From contig JBBQFH010000010.1 in the NCBI GenBank assembly GCA_038321865.1, forward strand, positions 35,793 to 99,792: a DNA stretch of 64,000 nt, read 5' to 3'. A program made the position numbers and the translations under genes. Shown here in pieces: positions 64,000 through 64,000 of this stretch. The number at the start of each line of letters is the position of its first letter. The stretch's first letter is position 1. The notes beneath the pieces were generated by a model that was given only the letters and a program-made list of their open reading frames with translations, had not been told where the DNA came from and did not search any database. The DNA comes from Gemmatimonadales bacterium. GTDB lineage: Bacteria > Gemmatimonadota > Gemmatimonadetes > Gemmatimonadales > GWC2-71-9.

Positions 64000-64000
64000 G

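Overview
GC-rich bacterial chromosomal window. Gene content and style suggest Gemmatimonadota (inference). It holds about 55 densely packed CDSs and no recognisable tRNA, rRNA, CRISPR array or mobile element. Housekeeping genes include pntB, a sigma70-family factor, acnA, gltA, speA, infA, a cold-shock protein, queC/queE/queF, dinB, pilT, a TrmJ-type methyltransferase, several peptidases, an ABC transporter operon and a complete alternative complex III cluster (actABCDEF). The most notable observations: (1) an orphan ~110-nt sRNA candidate at ~23024-23135, with its own promoter and terminator, divergent from a leaderless GGDEF / CGNR-zinc-finger / pseudokinase-kinase signalling operon; (2) a tandem pair of transmembrane Ser/Thr kinase paralogues, one active and one a pseudokinase; (3) three genes whose natural starts appear to be non-canonical (ATC for speA and the pseudokinase, CTG for trmJ); (4) Rex-type operators linking ACIII with a lipoprotein cupredoxin and a Cys-rich protein / ECF sigma / ZAS anti-sigma module; (5) degenerate pseudo-enzymes of the RelA/SpoT HD-hydrolase and ADP-ribosylhydrolase families. 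All calls come from reading the sequence by eye; no searches were run.
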